A DNA stretch of 64,000 bases. It comes from the human T2T-CHM13v2.0 reference genome, Homo sapiens. The notes beneath the pieces are model-generated. The model searched no databases. It worked only from the letters and a program-made list of their open reading frames with translations, and was not told the origin of the DNA. The translations under genes and the position numbers were made by a program. Location: assembly GCF_009914755.1 (NCBI RefSeq), contig NC_060927.1; one strand, given 5' to 3'. This document shows positions 61,420 to 64,000 of this stretch, piece by piece (the stretch's first letter is position 1; the number at the start of each line of letters is the position of its first letter).

Positions 61420-63790
61420 AGCAAATTCCTGTGATGGATCTGCCATCACTTTCTACCCAACCTCACTAAAGTGACAGTAAAGGAATTTTTTAAAAGAAAC
61501 TCCCATTGAAAATATAAAGGGTTCGTATTAATAACTGATAGGGAGGGGTGGGTCCCTGTACTTGATTATAGTAACAATTTGGAAACTAGAGAAGGGATGG
61601 GTGAAGGTAACTGATTTAATAGATTCAGAGAAGTTTAATCTTAAGCTCGCAACCCAGTTTATTGCAAGAATCCCCCAAAAGGCTCAGGAATAGGCACAGG
61701 TACTTGCAGAACTTCAGGTAGGGCTAAAAAAAACTTTCAGTTGAAAATCTGTTGAAGAAACAAAAGCCCCAGATCCCCTACTCCACTGTGGGTAACTGGG
61801 CAAACACTCCTTCCCTACCAGAAGAGGAGAGTAGAGATTTCTTCATTAGAAAGAGTAAAATAGAAGATTTCCAAGAATAATTGGGGCAGGTCTTTGTACC
61901 TGAAGGAAGGGGTAAACTGATTGTTTACATGCTGAATGCTGTGACTGAATGTAAACTAAATGCTTACATACTGAGTGTCGAGACTCCCAGCCTTGCTTCT
62001 TCACTTCCAACAGCTGATCGTGGGGTTGGAACTCCAACTCAGGTTGGAGTTTGAAAGATTATTCTCTAGGGAATCTGATAGAGCCAAGAGGAAAGACTGA
62101 AAGACACTGACATTGTGGGTTTCTCAACTAAATAGTCTGGCCAGATGACCCTACAGTGAAGTCCAAAGTCAAACAGTTATTGCCTATATTGTTACCTTTA
62201 TTAGTGTCCCACACTTAAATATGAACAGAACAAAGGATGAAAGAAACTTCTAACATGAAAGAAATAAAAATAGCAACTTGGATAGACTATGTAAGATAAA
62301 CACATCCCCCTAAATTATCATTAGTATCCTTAGATGAGAGAAGATATGGTACAAATGATACAGGAACAAGGTGCAAAGTATTTAGATGATCAGGAATTCT
62401 TGCAAATGGAGATGGTAATAGAAATGAAAATCTTAATAGAAGTGTTGGAAAATAAAGTTGAAAGAAATCATCCAGAGAATAGAGCAGAAAACTAAAATAG
62501 TAGATAACTGGAGAAAGAAGATAAAGGACAAATCCAGATGGTTCAACTTCCAAATAATAGGAGTTCCAGATAGTCCAGGAAAAACAAACCAAACAAGGAA
62601 GTAACCAGATTCTTCAAGGACATTTCCCAGAACTGAAAATGTGAGTTTTCATTTTGAAAGAGTCCACTAAAAACTCAGCACAAGGGATGAGAACAGATTC
62701 ACATTAAGGCACACTGTGAAATTTTACAAGCTAGGAGACACTGGAGCAATACCTTAAAATGTTGAAAGACAATTCTAACTTTAGACTTCTTTACCAAGTT
62801 AAACTATCGATTAAGAGTATATGTGTAGCTTCCCACAATTATATGCCCTTTGCTTTGTCATTTTTATAAAGAATATAATTTTGATAAGGAACATTTTCAG
62901 AAATGAAAGTTCTCAAAATTTACCTTTGCCGTACCCTTTGCAAAACTACTGGAAGATGTTCTTCTAACCACAGCAAGAGAGTAAGTTTAAAAATAATTGA
63001 TGACAGTGTTTTAAACTGTCATGTGCATCAGAATTACTGGAGGGCTTGTTAAAGCAAATTGTTGGACTCCACATTCAAGATTTCTGATTCAGTGGGTGAT
63101 TATAGGGTAGGGCCTAAGAAATTGCATTTCTATTAAATTCTCAGGTGGTCCTGTTGTTGATCCATAGACACTTTAGAACTAGTGAGCTATAGCATACAGG
63201 AAACAGTGGATTAATACAGAATAAAGAAATTAAGAGACTTTGTAGTATAATGATGAAGGAAGAGCCTAGGAAGGGAGCTGTATGTGCAGTAAGTCTAGAG
63301 ACAATCATGTCAGATTCTAGGAGATACATCTTTAAGAAGATGAAATTGATAGAATACCTCATGAATATGAATGTATCTAGAGGAACTTTAGATAACTAGT
63401 GGAAAGTTGGCGGTTGAATTTGTGAAAATACATAGGAAATTAAGCATCAGGAGAAACATACTTATTAACTTCAGGGTTGGGAGTTAGAGGAAAGGGTAAG
63501 TTTTAATATATTGCATGGCCCAGTTGTGAAGAGTTAACATCTAACCAAGATGACTATCTAACAATATTGGGAAGTTGGTGGGATGGAAGATGTCTGCGTG
63601 CAGTGGGGATGAATGCTAAGAGCAAAATCTGATTCACGTAATTGACTAAAACTGAAAAGAAATAACAATGTTAGCATGTTGTTTAGGAATATGATGGTAA
63701 TGGACTTAAAAGTGAGGGAGAGGAAAATGGGGGTGGAGGCTGAATTTCCTAACAAGCCTGGTGGAACTATTTGACTCCTTAAAGTGAAGA
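61420..63790 (+). mobile_element. Ancient L1M remnant with MER5A insert (~63005-63180)
   Basis: Degraded ORF1-like A-rich motifs (aataataggagttccaga, tttcccagaactgaa); MER5A gatttctgattcagt...agaaattgcatttcta. Confidence 0.55.
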
Positions 63791-64000
63791 TGAATGGGAA
63801 TTAACCATAGACTTAAACTGCAGATTACCAGTAACTAGTTAAAGCACCTCTTAGAGTCTTTGGCATACAGTAGGTGCTTACTAAAAGTATACATCATCTA
63901 TTGTGGGCAGAGGCAACAAGAGAATGGAATTCCAGCCATGAATTTACTCTGATGATGGAGATCTGAGTGTTAAAACATTAAATATTTACATATTCTACCA

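Overview
Human (hominoid) genomic DNA, recognised as the 3q22.1 ACAD11/UBA5 locus. The minus strand carries ACAD11 coding exons 1-13 (ATG at 58244, last visible exon 1737..1835). All have GT-AG boundaries, are in frame, and total 1621 coding nt; the gene continues off the left edge. UBA5 exon 1 (ATG 59031) lies head-to-head across a CpG island, and the 3' UTR of the nested antisense gene ACKR4 probably fills the first ~1 kb. The introns are a dense retroelement record: an L1PA7-like element with a nested L1PA4-like element and an Alu, a twin-primed 5'-inverted L1PA4-like element, many Alus with TSDs, a solo HERV-K LTR5, MER50, THE1, MLT1, Tigger/MER, L2 and MIR, an old HSPA8 processed pseudogene, a 5'-half tRNA-Met retrocopy and an Alu-tail-derived GAA/GAG tract. 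The most unusual signal is that two separately inserted L1PA4-like copies about 20 kb apart share private variants, including two ORF2 nonsense codons. No prokaryote-type system or CRISPR array is present. Repeat subfamily names and gene identities come from recalled consensus sequences, not database searches.
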